Of a stretch of 64,000 bases of DNA, positions 51,765 through 61,793 are shown piece by piece; the first letter of the stretch is position 1, and every line of letters begins with the position of its first letter. This DNA is from Minisyncoccota bacterium. Its GTDB lineage: Bacteria > Patescibacteriota > Minisyncoccia > Phycocordibacterales > UBA2100. The notes beneath the pieces were generated by a model that saw nothing but the letters and a program-made list of their open reading frames with translations, did not search any database and had not been told where the DNA came from. Position numbers and translations under genes: made by a program. The DNA is taken from assembly GCA_031291875.1 (NCBI GenBank), contig JARLIE010000040.1, positions 132,088 to 196,087 on the forward strand, given 5' to 3'.

Positions 51765-53345
51765 ATGAAACGGGGTCATGTTGCGCACTATTCAATCGCG
51801 GCCTGCTTACTGCTCTCGCCGGGTTTTGCGTCGGCGCAAGTCGTCATCAATGAGGTCATGTACAACCCGCAGGGGAGCGACGCGGGCCGGGAATGGATCG
51901 AGTTGTACAACCAGGGCGCCGCGGACGTCACGATGCTCGGCGGCAGCGGCAAGGGTTCGTGGCGCATCAATGACGGATCAAATCACACGTTTACGGATCC
52001 GGGGGGCGGCACCGGACGCGGTTCTCTTACAATTCCCGCTGGAGGATATCTCATGATCGCGAGCGATCCGAATGAATTTATCTCCGGCGAATATGCGGGA
52101 GGATCGTATTCCGTCGTGAAGTCATCTCTGAGCCTCAGTAATAACGGAGCAGGTATCACACTCCTCGACGGCTCGGGAGCGACGCTAGATACTGTCGCAT
52201 ATTCGCCGACGCAGGGAGGCACTGACGACGGTTCAAGTTTGCAACGACAAACGGATGGCTCATGGATCGCGGCGGCGCCGACGCCGGGAACGACAAATTC
52301 CTCTACGCGATTCGTCGCTCCTATCAGGGCAGATCCCGCCGCAGCTTCGCAGACGCAATCGAGCTCGACCGACTCAAGTGCAGCGATCACGCAGCCTGCG
52401 ATATCATCCTATGTTCCACCGCCCGCGCCGAGCTTGTATGCGGATGCCGGAGGCGACAAAACGGTCATCGTCGGCGCCGATGTCGAGTTCGACGCTAGCG
52501 CGTACGATAAATCTCAGACGTTGCTCGATTCGAGTGTGGTGCGCTATATGTGGAACTTTGGTGACGGTGCTACCGCAGAAGGAGAAGCGGTTCTCCATCA
52601 TTTCGAGTATCCGGGAACCTACGCGGTCACGCTTGAGATCGCGAACAACAAAAATGCGGCGGGAGCACAAATTACCGTAACGGCTAATCCGGCCGCACTT
52701 TCGTTCTCGCTGCTGCAGGATGGCGGCGTACAAATTCAAAATCTCGACGGGCGCGATATCGATCTTTCTCAATGGATCGTGCACGAAAGCGATTCGCCGT
52801 ATGCCGCGCAGTTGATCATCCCGCAAAGTTCCAAAATACTTTCCGGCTCGTCGATGCAAATTTCCCCGCAGACGCTCGGTTTCCGCGCTTCCTCCTCCAC
52901 GATGCTCGAATATCCCAACGGCTTATTCGCGCTCGCCATGGGAACTTCATCAATAGCTTCTGCGGAAATTAGCAGCGAGCAGGTATCTCAAGTGCAAAAG
53001 AGTATTGTGCCGATACCTTCTGTTAGTGCCAAGTCAAAAGCGACCCACAGCCGCGAAAAATCACCAAAATCAGCCGTTTCGATTCCGAGTGTCACGCAAG
53101 AATCGGCTGAGGATTCAGGAAATACAGACGAGCAGATCGCGACGGCGTCTGATCCAGTCATCGACGCCGTTCAAACGGATGCAACCGAGACTGTTTTGCA
53201 AACGGCTTCGGCTGCCTCCGCAAACTCAAGCTATCTTTGGTGGACCGGCATCATCGCGATCGCGCTCGCTGCTGGCGCTGCGCTTGCGGCAGCCGGTTAC
53301 TACAAAAAGGGCGAATGGGATATCGTTGAAGATACGTCGGAATAA
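51765..53345 (+). CDS. secreted lamin-tail-domain (LTD) plus PKD-domain protein with C-terminal TM anchor
   Basis: Signal peptide. LTD signature VVINEVMYNPQGSDAGREWIELYNQG. PKD-like YMWNFGDGATAEGEAVLHHFEYPGTYAVTLEIANN. C-terminal WWTGIIAIALAAGAALAAAGYY. Confidence 0.65.
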   Translation: MKRGHVAHYSIAACLLLSPGFASAQVVINEVMYNPQGSDAGREWIELYNQGAADVTMLGGSGKGSWRINDGSNHTFTDPGGGTGRGSLTIPAGGYLMIASDPNEFISGEYAGGSYSVVKSSLSLSNNGAGITLLDGSGATLDTVAYSPTQGGTDDGSSLQRQTDGSWIAAAPTPGTTNSSTRFVAPIRADPAAASQTQSSSTDSSAAITQPAISSYVPPPAPSLYADAGGDKTVIVGADVEFDASAYDKSQTLLDSSVVRYMWNFGDGATAEGEAVLHHFEYPGTYAVTLEIANNKNAAGAQITVTANPAALSFSLLQDGGVQIQNLDGRDIDLSQWIVHESDSPYAAQLIIPQSSKILSGSSMQISPQTLGFRASSSTMLEYPNGLFALAMGTSSIASAEISSEQVSQVQKSIVPIPSVSAKSKATHSREKSPKSAVSIPSVTQESAEDSGNTDEQIATASDPVIDAVQTDATETVLQTASAASANSSYLWWTGIIAIALAAGAALAAAGYYKKGEWDIVEDTSE

Positions 53346-53360
53346 GTGTATCGTTCCTGC

Positions 53361-54230
53361 ATGGCCGAAAAAGAGACCGTTATCGTTACCGGCGGCGCCG
53401 GCATGATCGGTTCGCGCTTGATTGAATTGCTCCTACCTACGTACCGTGTGGTTGCGCTTGATAATTATTTTATCGGTAAGAAGGAAAATCATATTCCCGG
53501 CGTCGAATACATCGAGGGCCATACGAAGGATATAGAAGCGCTGCTCGGCAAAGAAATGCCGAAGATCATTTTTCACCTCGGCGAGTATTCGCGCGTTGAG
53601 CAGAGTTTTAAAGATCTTGAGTTGGTCTGGCAGTCGAATGTGCTGGGTACGCACTATGTTCTCGAGTATTGGCGTAAGCGCGGCTGTAAACTCGTTTATG
53701 CTGGTTCGTCGACAAAATTCGCCGACGGCGGCATGGGCCGCGATCAGTCTCCCTACGCATGGATGAAAGCCTCCAATACCGAGCTGGTAAAAAACTACGG
53801 TGCTTGGTTCGATTTGCCGTTCGCGATCACATACTTTTATAACGCCTACGGTCCGCACGAATTATCAGAAGGGCCGTATGCGTCGGTTATGGGCCGTTTC
53901 AAAACGCAGTACTGGGCGGGCGAGCCGATCACCGTCGTCGCTCCCGGAACCCAAAAGAGAAATTTCACGCACGTCGACGATCTCGCACGCGGCCTTTTGA
54001 TGGTGGGAGAAAAGGGGCAAGGGGACGAGTACGGTCTTGGTAGTCATGAATCGTACTCGGTCCTCGAGGTTGCACAGATGTTCGGCAGCGAGATTGTGAT
54101 GCTTCCGGAGCGTCCGGGCAATCGTATGGAATCGGTTGTCGACACTTCGCGCGCGGAGCGTGAGTTCGGCTGGAAAGCCGAGCATACCGTTGGTGAATAT
54201 ATCGAAGGATTAAAGAAACAACAGAAATAG
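53361..54230 (+). CDS. NAD-dependent sugar-nucleotide epimerase/dehydratase (SDR family)
   Basis: MAEKETVIVTGGAGMIGSRLIELL (GxxGxxG). Start at ATG 53361; the ORF-track start is a GTG 15 nt upstream. Confidence 0.75.
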   Translation: MAEKETVIVTGGAGMIGSRLIELLLPTYRVVALDNYFIGKKENHIPGVEYIEGHTKDIEALLGKEMPKIIFHLGEYSRVEQSFKDLELVWQSNVLGTHYVLEYWRKRGCKLVYAGSSTKFADGGMGRDQSPYAWMKASNTELVKNYGAWFDLPFAITYFYNAYGPHELSEGPYASVMGRFKTQYWAGEPITVVAPGTQKRNFTHVDDLARGLLMVGEKGQGDEYGLGSHESYSVLEVAQMFGSEIVMLPERPGNRMESVVDTSRAEREFGWKAEHTVGEYIEGLKKQQK

Positions 54231-54287
54231 ACACATATTTATTTTTGTGCTATAGTTTTTTCAGCACAACTACCACAGGAGAGCTAC

Positions 54288-54941
54288 GTGCAGCGCATTG
54301 TTCATGTTAGCGGCTATTCGCTCGCCGAATATCCGGAACTCACAGGGGTTTCGTACAAAGACGGAACTCCAGGCAACGGCAGATTCCATGATTGGGACTA
54401 TGTGTGTTGGGGCGAACCGGCGCGAGGCGCGATGGGACGCATTCCAATGGCGATTTGGTACGCTCGCTGCATTGCGCGGGCCGATCAGATTATCTGGTCG
54501 ACGGGCTGTACCAAAACCGCGAGCGGGAAGTGGGAATCGGAATACATGTTCGAGCTTGCCCACGACTCGTTCGACCGGCTCATGCAAGATTTCGGCGGGA
54601 ACTTCGAGGTTTTCAGAAAGCAGTTTGGAAACGAGAAGACATATCGCCGATGGCTCGAATCGAGATCGACGTTCGATCATCAGAGCGAGACAACGGCATC
54701 TTCCATGGTCTGGCTCCGGAAACACTGCGAGACCTATTTCGCCGGGGACCGTATGATCGTCAGTTTGATCTCATCGGCCAACCACGCACCCCGCGTGCTG
54801 CGCGACGCGCTCACTTCGTTCTCGAGCCGTTCAATGAGCGACTACAATCGGACGCGAATCGTGCTCTCAGCCGTTCCTGCGGAGACCTCATATGGAGAAC
54901 GGGGACCCGAAGATACGAAAGTTTTTGATCTTGGAACCTGA
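54288..54941 (+). CDS. DUF218 (YdcF/ElyC/SanA-like) family protein
   Basis: ESRSTFDHQSETTASSMVWLRKHC...MIVSLISSANHAPRVLRD matches the DUF218 E..S.nT.eN ... lVTS.fHm.Ra pattern. Confidence 0.45.
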   Translation: MQRIVHVSGYSLAEYPELTGVSYKDGTPGNGRFHDWDYVCWGEPARGAMGRIPMAIWYARCIARADQIIWSTGCTKTASGKWESEYMFELAHDSFDRLMQDFGGNFEVFRKQFGNEKTYRRWLESRSTFDHQSETTASSMVWLRKHCETYFAGDRMIVSLISSANHAPRVLRDALTSFSSRSMSDYNRTRIVLSAVPAETSYGERGPEDTKVFDLGT

Positions 54942-55002
54942 CAATGAGGCGCGCGAGCAAACAGCTCGCGCGCCTGAATTCTTTTGTATATCATTCAGGG
55001 TA

Positions 55003-56199
55003 ATGAAACGGGTCCTTATTTTTGCACTCACGTACCACCCCTTTATCGGCGGGGCGGAGATCGCCATCAAAGAAATTACCGATCGGATCGATTCCGCCGA
55101 GTATTCGTTCGACATGATCACGTTGCGCCTTGATTCGAATTTGCCGAAGATCGAGAAATTCGGCAACGTCACGGTGAATCGCATCGGGTTTTCGTCGCCG
55201 GGCGCGAAGTTTTCCGATCGTTCGATGCCGCTGCGCTGCAAGGTCGCCAAGATCTTATTTCCGCTCACTTCATTTTTGAAAGCGCGGTCATTGCACCGTC
55301 AGCATCGCTACGATCTTGTGTGGGCGATGATGGCCAATCAAGCCGGCTTTGGCGCGCTTTTCTTTAAGCAAATGCACCCGGGCATACCTTATTTCCTTGA
55401 GCTGCAAGACGGCCGCGCGTTTGAGGAAATGAAAACGCGCCGCCCGATACTCCGAGCGATGTGGCGCGCCTACCGCGCAATCTACCTGCGAGCAGATCGT
55501 ATTAAGACGATTTCAAACTACATCGCCAGTGAGGTGCGCGCGATAGGGTACCAGGGCGAGGTCGAGGTCATCCCGAATGCCGTCGACATCGAAAAATTCA
55601 CGGCACTCGTTCCTGAGGCCAAACTGCATGCGCTTGCGACAAAATTCGCCAAGAAGGAAGGTGATGTGTTTCTTTTCACCGCATCGCGGCTCGTGCTTTC
55701 GCGCGGCGTCGAAGACGTGATCCAGTCGCTCGAATTTTTGCCTGCCAACGTAAAACTCTTGATCGCGGGGGACGGAGAAGATCGGGAGAAGCTCGAACAC
55801 CTCGCGCGCGGATTGAACGTGACCGAACGGGTGATTTTTGCGGGGCACGTCGGTCATGACGAACTTCCGGCGCTGTTGAAGATTTCCGATATTTTCGTTC
55901 GCCCATCCCTCATCGAAGGGCTCGGCAACTCGTTTCTCGAAGCGATGGCCGCCGGCATTCCGATTATCGGCACGAGGGTCGGCGGGATTCCCGATTTCCT
56001 AACGGAAGGCGAAACCGGGCTATTTTGCGAGGTCCAAGATCCGCAGTCGATTGCCCGCGCGGCACAGCGCTATATGGATGATTCGGCACTTGTTTCGCGA
56101 GTTGTACTGCAGGCGAAAGAACTCGTCATACAACGATACGATTGGAACAAGATCGCGGCCGACATGAAGCGTCGCATATTCGAGCGGCTCGCGAAGTAA
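55003..56199 (+). CDS. glycosyltransferase family 4
   Basis: Start at MKRVLIFALTYHPFIGGAEIAIKEI. C-terminal E-x7-E region FVRPSLIEGLGNSFLEAMAAGIPIIGTRVGGIPDFL. Confidence 0.75.
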   Translation: MKRVLIFALTYHPFIGGAEIAIKEITDRIDSAEYSFDMITLRLDSNLPKIEKFGNVTVNRIGFSSPGAKFSDRSMPLRCKVAKILFPLTSFLKARSLHRQHRYDLVWAMMANQAGFGALFFKQMHPGIPYFLELQDGRAFEEMKTRRPILRAMWRAYRAIYLRADRIKTISNYIASEVRAIGYQGEVEVIPNAVDIEKFTALVPEAKLHALATKFAKKEGDVFLFTASRLVLSRGVEDVIQSLEFLPANVKLLIAGDGEDREKLEHLARGLNVTERVIFAGHVGHDELPALLKISDIFVRPSLIEGLGNSFLEAMAAGIPIIGTRVGGIPDFLTEGETGLFCEVQDPQSIARAAQRYMDDSALVSRVVLQAKELVIQRYDWNKIAADMKRRIFERLAK

Positions 56200-56290
56200 T
56201 CCAAAAATCACACTTGCTACTTTCCTGCCGCGGGTGTTTGCTTACCAGTAGGTGGTGCCATTTTGGCTCCACATAAGGAAGGAGTATGTA

Positions 56291-56485
56291 ATGAGCAACG
56301 CGTGCCAGTCGTCGAAGGACGATTTCGAAAAGGGAATGCAGGCATTCCTCACGCTCAGCGACCCGGGATACTGGTTCAGGCAGTATCTCGAACTGATCAC
56401 CGACATGGCGCACGAGTACGCGAAGGAAGGCATGAAGCTGGCCTCCACGCAGGCGGTGCGCGTCGGAATGGCAGACATGCCGTGA
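56291..56485 (+). CDS. small hypothetical protein
   Basis: Short ORF (MSNACQSSKDDFEKGMQAFLTLSDPGYWFRQYLELITDMAHEYAKEGMKLAST...) between two GT genes. No motif. Confidence 0.3.
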   Translation: MSNACQSSKDDFEKGMQAFLTLSDPGYWFRQYLELITDMAHEYAKEGMKLASTQAVRVGMADMP

Positions 56486-56557
56486 ATCCGATTTTGATGA
56501 ACATGATGGGGACGCGACTCGCTCGCGCCCCCTCATTCTTTGCTATAGAGTACTTCA

Positions 56558-58780
56558 ATGCGCATCGTGATTGCGAGCGGCATTTATCCGCCGGATATAG
56601 GCGGCCCGGCCACCTACACGCTCGAATTGGCAACGCGTCTCGCCGAGCGCGGTTCGAGTATTGAGGTAGTAACGTATTCGAAAAAGCAGTGCGAGCAAGC
56701 AGACGCTACCTTGCCGTTTTCGATCACGCGGATCGTGCGACGCGGCAAGCTGATCAATCGAATTCATTTCTTTCGCGCCGCGTACCGAGCCTTGGAAGGA
56801 GCGGATATCGTCTATACCCTCGATTGGTTCGCAGCAGGATTGCCTGTCGCGCTTGCGGCGAAACTGCGCGGGGCGCCGTATATCGTGCGAGTCGGCGGAG
56901 ATTATCTTTGGGAACAAAAGTATCTCGAATCCGGAGCGCAGCCGGTGCCGTTGAAAGTTTTTTACGAACGAGGGTTGTATCGGCGTCTTTCGTACTATCC
57001 CGCTTTCGCGATCATTCGCTACGTCCTCTCGGGAGCTTCGATCGTCATTTTTAATTCCGATGCGCAGCGCGAGCTCTATACGAGGTACTACCGCTTGCCG
57101 CAGACTCACTGCTTGACGATCGGAAATCCCGTCCCGAGCGTCCCGGAAATTAAACGCGATACGGTTTCGAAAGAATTCGTTTTTTGGGGCCGTCTTATCG
57201 TAATGAAAAATATCGATTCGCTGTTGCGGGCGTTCGCGAAGGCGCGCTTGCCGAGCGAATACACACTCGCGATTATCGGCGACGGGCCGCGCAAGGAAGA
57301 GCTTATGACACTTGCGAAGGCGCTTGGTAGTGCAAGTCGTGTGCGATTTCAAGAGTCATTGTCGCTGCGCGAGGTGCTCGAGCGCGTGAAAAATGCGCGG
57401 GCGTTCGTGCTGCCGAGTTGGACGGACATCGCACCGAATCAGGTGTACGAAGCGCTTGCGATCGGATTGCCGACGCTTGTCACGAAAGAAAATTATCTGG
57501 CAATCCGCGACCTTTTTCCGATGACGATTGATCCTTCGTCGGTCGACGATATTGCGTCCAAGCTCGAAGCGCTTGCGGACGATACGGCGTATGCAGAATT
57601 TTCGTCGCGCTTCACAAACATCCATATTGATCGAGATTGGGAAACGGTGGTAAACGAGCATGTCGCGTTGTTTGAGCAAACACTCGACTCGGGAGAATTT
57701 CGGGTATTGCAGATCGGGGCCGACCGATCAAAGCGGGGGATTTTGTACCCCGGCTCGCCGGCATTTGAGCGGCAGCAGGCGTATGCGCGAGCGTTTGGAA
57801 AGCTCGATATACTCGGCTTCTCGAAAATTTCGGACGGTGCGAAACCGTACGCGGATACTCATTTGAGCATTACACCGACCAATTCGACTTCGAGCTTACG
57901 GTACGGATACGACGCGCTTCGTATCGCAAAAAAGATGCCACGGCCGTCGGTCGTCTCAGCGCAGGATCCGTTCGAAACAGGGCTCGTCGCTTGGCTTATC
58001 GCACGTCGCCTCCGAGCGCCCCTGCATGTACAGGTCCACACCGATTTTCTCGCACCGGCATACACGCAGCATTCGCTGGTGAATCGGATTCGCGTGCATA
58101 TCGCGTGGTTCGTGCTCAAACGAGCAAAGCGAATTCGCGTGGTTTCCGCTGGAGTAAAACAAGTCTTGTCCCGAGCGTTGCCGAATACCGCAGTCACTGT
58201 GTTGCCGATCTTTGCCGATCTGGAAAAAATCCGAGCTGCAAAAATCGCCCCGGAACTTGCCGCAAGGTTTGAGCACTTCGCCTACAAACTGCTTGTTGTT
58301 GCTCGTCTCGAACCAGAAAAAAACGTCGAGCTCGCGATCCGCGCATTCGCGGCATCAGCGCCGAAAGACACCTGTTTGATCGTCGTAGGCGAGGGAAGCG
58401 AGCGCGAGCGTCTTGCACAACTCAGTCATCAACTCGGGGTGGCCGAACGGGTATTTTTTGAGGGAGAAAAATCGAGCGTCGAATACTACCCGCTCGCCGA
58501 TCTCGTACTAGTCACCTCCGACTACGAAGGATACGGGCTCGTGATCGTCGAGGCACTCGCTGCCGGCAAACCGGTATTTTCGACCGACGTTGGCGTCGCG
58601 CGCGAAGCAGGGGCGATCGTTTCGAGCGAGAAAGATTTCCCAAAAAATCTCGGGAATTGGTTCCAAGAAGGTTCACGTACCGGCGAGCTCAAAGACTACC
58701 CCTACACAGATTTTAGCGAGTATGCGCGCGCCTATAGCAGCGATATCCGCGCATGTACAAGCCCTAAATTATCCTTATAA
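56558..58780 (+). CDS. tandem fusion of two GT4 glycosyltransferase modules (740 aa)
   Basis: Residues ~1-365 and ~375-740 each have an N-terminal GT4 Rossmann domain and a C-terminal E-x7-E-containing domain (SWTDIAPNQVYEALAIGLP; SDYEGYGLVIVEALAAGKP). One continuous frame without a stop. Confidence 0.7.
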   Translation: MRIVIASGIYPPDIGGPATYTLELATRLAERGSSIEVVTYSKKQCEQADATLPFSITRIVRRGKLINRIHFFRAAYRALEGADIVYTLDWFAAGLPVALAAKLRGAPYIVRVGGDYLWEQKYLESGAQPVPLKVFYERGLYRRLSYYPAFAIIRYVLSGASIVIFNSDAQRELYTRYYRLPQTHCLTIGNPVPSVPEIKRDTVSKEFVFWGRLIVMKNIDSLLRAFAKARLPSEYTLAIIGDGPRKEELMTLAKALGSASRVRFQESLSLREVLERVKNARAFVLPSWTDIAPNQVYEALAIGLPTLVTKENYLAIRDLFPMTIDPSSVDDIASKLEALADDTAYAEFSSRFTNIHIDRDWETVVNEHVALFEQTLDSGEFRVLQIGADRSKRGILYPGSPAFERQQAYARAFGKLDILGFSKISDGAKPYADTHLSITPTNSTSSLRYGYDALRIAKKMPRPSVVSAQDPFETGLVAWLIARRLRAPLHVQVHTDFLAPAYTQHSLVNRIRVHIAWFVLKRAKRIRVVSAGVKQVLSRALPNTAVTVLPIFADLEKIRAAKIAPELAARFEHFAYKLLVVARLEPEKNVELAIRAFAASAPKDTCLIVVGEGSERERLAQLSHQLGVAERVFFEGEKSSVEYYPLADLVLVTSDYEGYGLVIVEALAAGKPVFSTDVGVAREAGAIVSSEKDFPKNLGNWFQEGSRTGELKDYPYTDFSEYARAYSSDIRACTSPKLSL

Positions 58781-58790
58781 TGCGGCGATT

Positions 58791-59684
58791 ATGGCATCGA
58801 AAAAACCTCTTATCGGATTTATCGGCCAGGGTTGGATCGGTAGAGCATATGCCGATAACTACGAGGAACGCGGCTACGAAGTGATCCGCTATTCTCTCGA
58901 GAAACCGTGGGTCAAAAACAAAGACAAGATCAAGGAGTGCGACATTGTCTTTATCGCCGTGTGGACTCCGACAACCCCGAATGGATTCGATATCTCCGTC
59001 GTCGAAAGTGTACTGCCGCTTATCGGCAAGGGGAAGATCGCAGTACTCAAATCAACCATCGTCCCAGGCACCACGCAAATGCTGCAAAAGAAATTCCCTG
59101 ATGTCGTGTTGCTCTATGGGCCGGAGTTTCTTTCCGTCTCGACGCACATCCACGATGCGGCGCACCCGTTCGTGAACCTCGTCGGTATGTCGGTTGAAGA
59201 TTCTAAGCACTACTTGGCAGCCGAGAAGGTAATGAAGACTTTGCCGAAGGCGCCGTACTCCACGATTTGCAAAAGCGTCGAAGCGGAGATCTTCAAATAC
59301 ACACACAACGCGAGCGGGTACACGCAGGTCATTCTTTTCAACCTTATGTACGATCTCGCGCAAAAACTCGGCGCGAATTGGGATGTCGTCAACGCTGCGG
59401 TTAAACACGACCCGCTGATCTCGAATCGATACAGCAATCCCTTGCACAAAAGCGGACGCGGCGCGGGCGGTGGCTGCTTCATCAAGGACATGTCGGCGCT
59501 TCGTCGGCACTACAAGAAGCATGTTCCGGAGGACAAATTTGGCCTCAAGGTGTTTGAGGCGATGGAGGCGAAAAATATCGACCTCCTCGTTTCGACCAAT
59601 AAAGACCTCGACCTGCTTGAAGGCGTCTATGGCGCTGAAGTAGTGAAGAAAGCTCAGAAAGCAACAAAGGCAAAAAAGCGCTAA
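58791..59684 (+). CDS. UDP-glucose/GDP-mannose dehydrogenase-family protein (short form)
   Basis: IGFIGQGWIGRAYA (Rossmann), CDIVFIAVWTPTTP...IAVLKSTIVPGTT and GPEFLSVSTHIHDAAHPFVNLVGM parallel UDPGDH N-terminal/central motifs. 297 aa is shorter than typical. Start at ATG 58791 just after the upstream stop. Confidence 0.5.
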   Translation: MASKKPLIGFIGQGWIGRAYADNYEERGYEVIRYSLEKPWVKNKDKIKECDIVFIAVWTPTTPNGFDISVVESVLPLIGKGKIAVLKSTIVPGTTQMLQKKFPDVVLLYGPEFLSVSTHIHDAAHPFVNLVGMSVEDSKHYLAAEKVMKTLPKAPYSTICKSVEAEIFKYTHNASGYTQVILFNLMYDLAQKLGANWDVVNAAVKHDPLISNRYSNPLHKSGRGAGGGCFIKDMSALRRHYKKHVPEDKFGLKVFEAMEAKNIDLLVSTNKDLDLLEGVYGAEVVKKAQKATKAKKR

Positions 59685-59694
59685 ACTAGGAGCT

Positions 59695-60729
59695 ATGCGG
59701 CTCCTTATCTGTACGCAGTCGGTCGATCTCGACGATCCAGTGCTCGGATTCATGCACCGTTGGATCGTAGAGCTCGCAAAGCGAACGGAAACGATACATG
59801 TTGTTTGTTTGAAAGAGGGCAGGCACGAGTTGCCAAAGAACGTCTTCGTGCACTCGCTCGGCAAAGAAGCCGGGCGCTCCCGCATCAAATACATCCTGAA
59901 TTTTTATCGATATATTTTTGCTTTGCGTCGCGAGTACGATTCCGTATTCGTGCACATGAACTCCGAATACGTCGTGCTTGGCGGAATACTTTGGCGTCTT
60001 TGGGGCAAAAAGATAGTACTCTGGCGCAATCACAAAATGCCGGGGCTTCTTGTCTCGATCGGCGTGCGTCTCGCAAACGTGGTTTGCTACACCTCTCCGG
60101 AGGCATTTGTTTCCAAATTTCCGAAAGCAATAAAAATGCCTCTCGGTATCGATACCGAATTTTTCTCTCCCGGCGCCGAACCACCAAAGCCTCGCTCGAT
60201 CCTTTTCCTCGGCCGGCTCGATCCCGTAAAGCGCGTGGACGTGTTCGTACGAGCACTGAATACCTTGCATGAGCAAGGTGTTGCATTCGTTGCGGATATC
60301 GTGGGCGCTCCTACGGAGGAAAGATCGAAATACGCACACGACGTGCGTAACGACGCGGCAGCGCTCGCGCTCGAGGGCACGATCAACATGCATCCCGCCG
60401 TCCCGAATGACGCGGCGAGAGATTTATTCCGTTCACACGCAATCTACGTGAACCTCACCCCCTCGGGTTCGTTTGATAAAACAATTGGCGAGGCAATGGC
60501 TTGCGGTGCAGTGGTCGTCGCACAGAACGAAGTGATAAAAACTATTGTCCCGAATGATCTGTTCGTACATTCCGATTCAATCGATGGTGTCCTGCAAGCG
60601 CTGCGTTTCGCGCTCGAGCTGGGAGAGAACGAGCGCCGCGAACTCGCACAGAAAGAACGCGCCTATATCGCTTCCGAGCATTCACTTACGCACTTGGTCG
60701 ATCGACTCCAGGCCTCACTACAACCATGA
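59695..60729 (+). CDS. glycosyltransferase family 4
   Basis: GT4 architecture with a C-terminal nucleotide-sugar binding region (TPSGSFDKTIGEAMACGAVVVAQN). Confidence 0.7.
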   Translation: MRLLICTQSVDLDDPVLGFMHRWIVELAKRTETIHVVCLKEGRHELPKNVFVHSLGKEAGRSRIKYILNFYRYIFALRREYDSVFVHMNSEYVVLGGILWRLWGKKIVLWRNHKMPGLLVSIGVRLANVVCYTSPEAFVSKFPKAIKMPLGIDTEFFSPGAEPPKPRSILFLGRLDPVKRVDVFVRALNTLHEQGVAFVADIVGAPTEERSKYAHDVRNDAAALALEGTINMHPAVPNDAARDLFRSHAIYVNLTPSGSFDKTIGEAMACGAVVVAQNEVIKTIVPNDLFVHSDSIDGVLQALRFALELGENERRELAQKERAYIASEHSLTHLVDRLQASLQP

Positions 60730-61793
60730 GAGTCGCCATTTGCATCAATAAGTTGGTTTCCGCAGGGGCGGAACGATTGGTTGTCGATCAGATCCGTGAA
60801 TTCACCCGTCGTGGTATTGCAGTTGATTTGATCACGCTCGCGCCCGAACGCGAGGGAGACTCTTTCATGTCGCTCGTGGATTTGCCGACACACGCGAAGC
60901 ACCTCATTGTATTTCGGTCGTTGCTTGATCTAAGCTCGTGGCTGACCCTGATCAAATTTTTACGCCGCACAAAACCCGATGTACTTTTCACACATTTATG
61001 GCTCGCAAACACAATTGGGCGCATTGCCGGAATTGTTGCCGATGTTCGAACGATTTCATTCGAGCATAATGTATACGATGGCGTCAAAACAAAAAAACAG
61101 TTTTTGATCGACTGGATTTTACAGATTTGCTCATACAAGATTGTGGCGGTATCGAATGCGGTTGAAGAATCGCTTGTGACACATGGAATAGCGCGATCCC
61201 ATATCGTCGTCGTGGAGAACGGTATTGACCTATCGAGGTATCGATCCGTGGATCCATCTCCAATTCCGAAGGTTGCCTTTACTTATTTGTTTGTCGGCCG
61301 ACTACTCGTGCAAAAGGGCGTTGATGTTTTACTCAATGCGCTGGCCCACACAACCGACGGCCAGCTATGGGTTGTAGGCTCTGGCGTCGAACGCACCGCC
61401 CTGGAAGAACAGGCACGATCGCTTGGAATTGTTTCTCGAGTCAAATTTCTCGGTATTCGCAAGGATGTCGCTTCACTGCTGAAATCGGCTGATTGTTTCG
61501 TGCTTCCATCACGCCATGAGGGTTTGCCTATGGTACTCATCGAAGCGATGGCGAGCGGTTGTCCCTGCGTGGTTTCCGATTTCGCGTCAGCGCGCGAAGT
61601 TATTCGAGATGGCCTTTCCGGTCTCATCGTTCCTATCGAAAACGTAGATGCACTTGCTACCGCCATGGATCGCATCGCGACAGATCGTGCTCTCGCACTT
61701 CGTTTGGGCACGACGGCAATGCAAGATGTCGAGCGCTTCTCTATCGAGAAGCACGTTGCTACACTACTGAGTGTACTTCCAAATAGATCATGA
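60726..61793 (+). CDS. glycosyltransferase family 4
   Basis: LPSRHEGLPMVLIEAMASGCPCVVSDFASAREVI (E-x7-E). 4-nt overlaps with neighbouring genes (operon). Confidence 0.75.
   Translation: MRVAICINKLVSAGAERLVVDQIREFTRRGIAVDLITLAPEREGDSFMSLVDLPTHAKHLIVFRSLLDLSSWLTLIKFLRRTKPDVLFTHLWLANTIGRIAGIVADVRTISFEHNVYDGVKTKKQFLIDWILQICSYKIVAVSNAVEESLVTHGIARSHIVVVENGIDLSRYRSVDPSPIPKVAFTYLFVGRLLVQKGVDVLLNALAHTTDGQLWVVGSGVERTALEEQARSLGIVSRVKFLGIRKDVASLLKSADCFVLPSRHEGLPMVLIEAMASGCPCVVSDFASAREVIRDGLSGLIVPIENVDALATAMDRIATDRALALRLGTTAMQDVERFSIEKHVATLLSVLPNRS

Noticed and set aside
56558-58780. Double-GT ORF as two genes joined by a sequencing frameshift
   Set aside because: The frame is continuous across the junction in the sequence as given, with no stop or obvious homopolymer at the join. 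Reported as a fusion, with a read-level check suggested.
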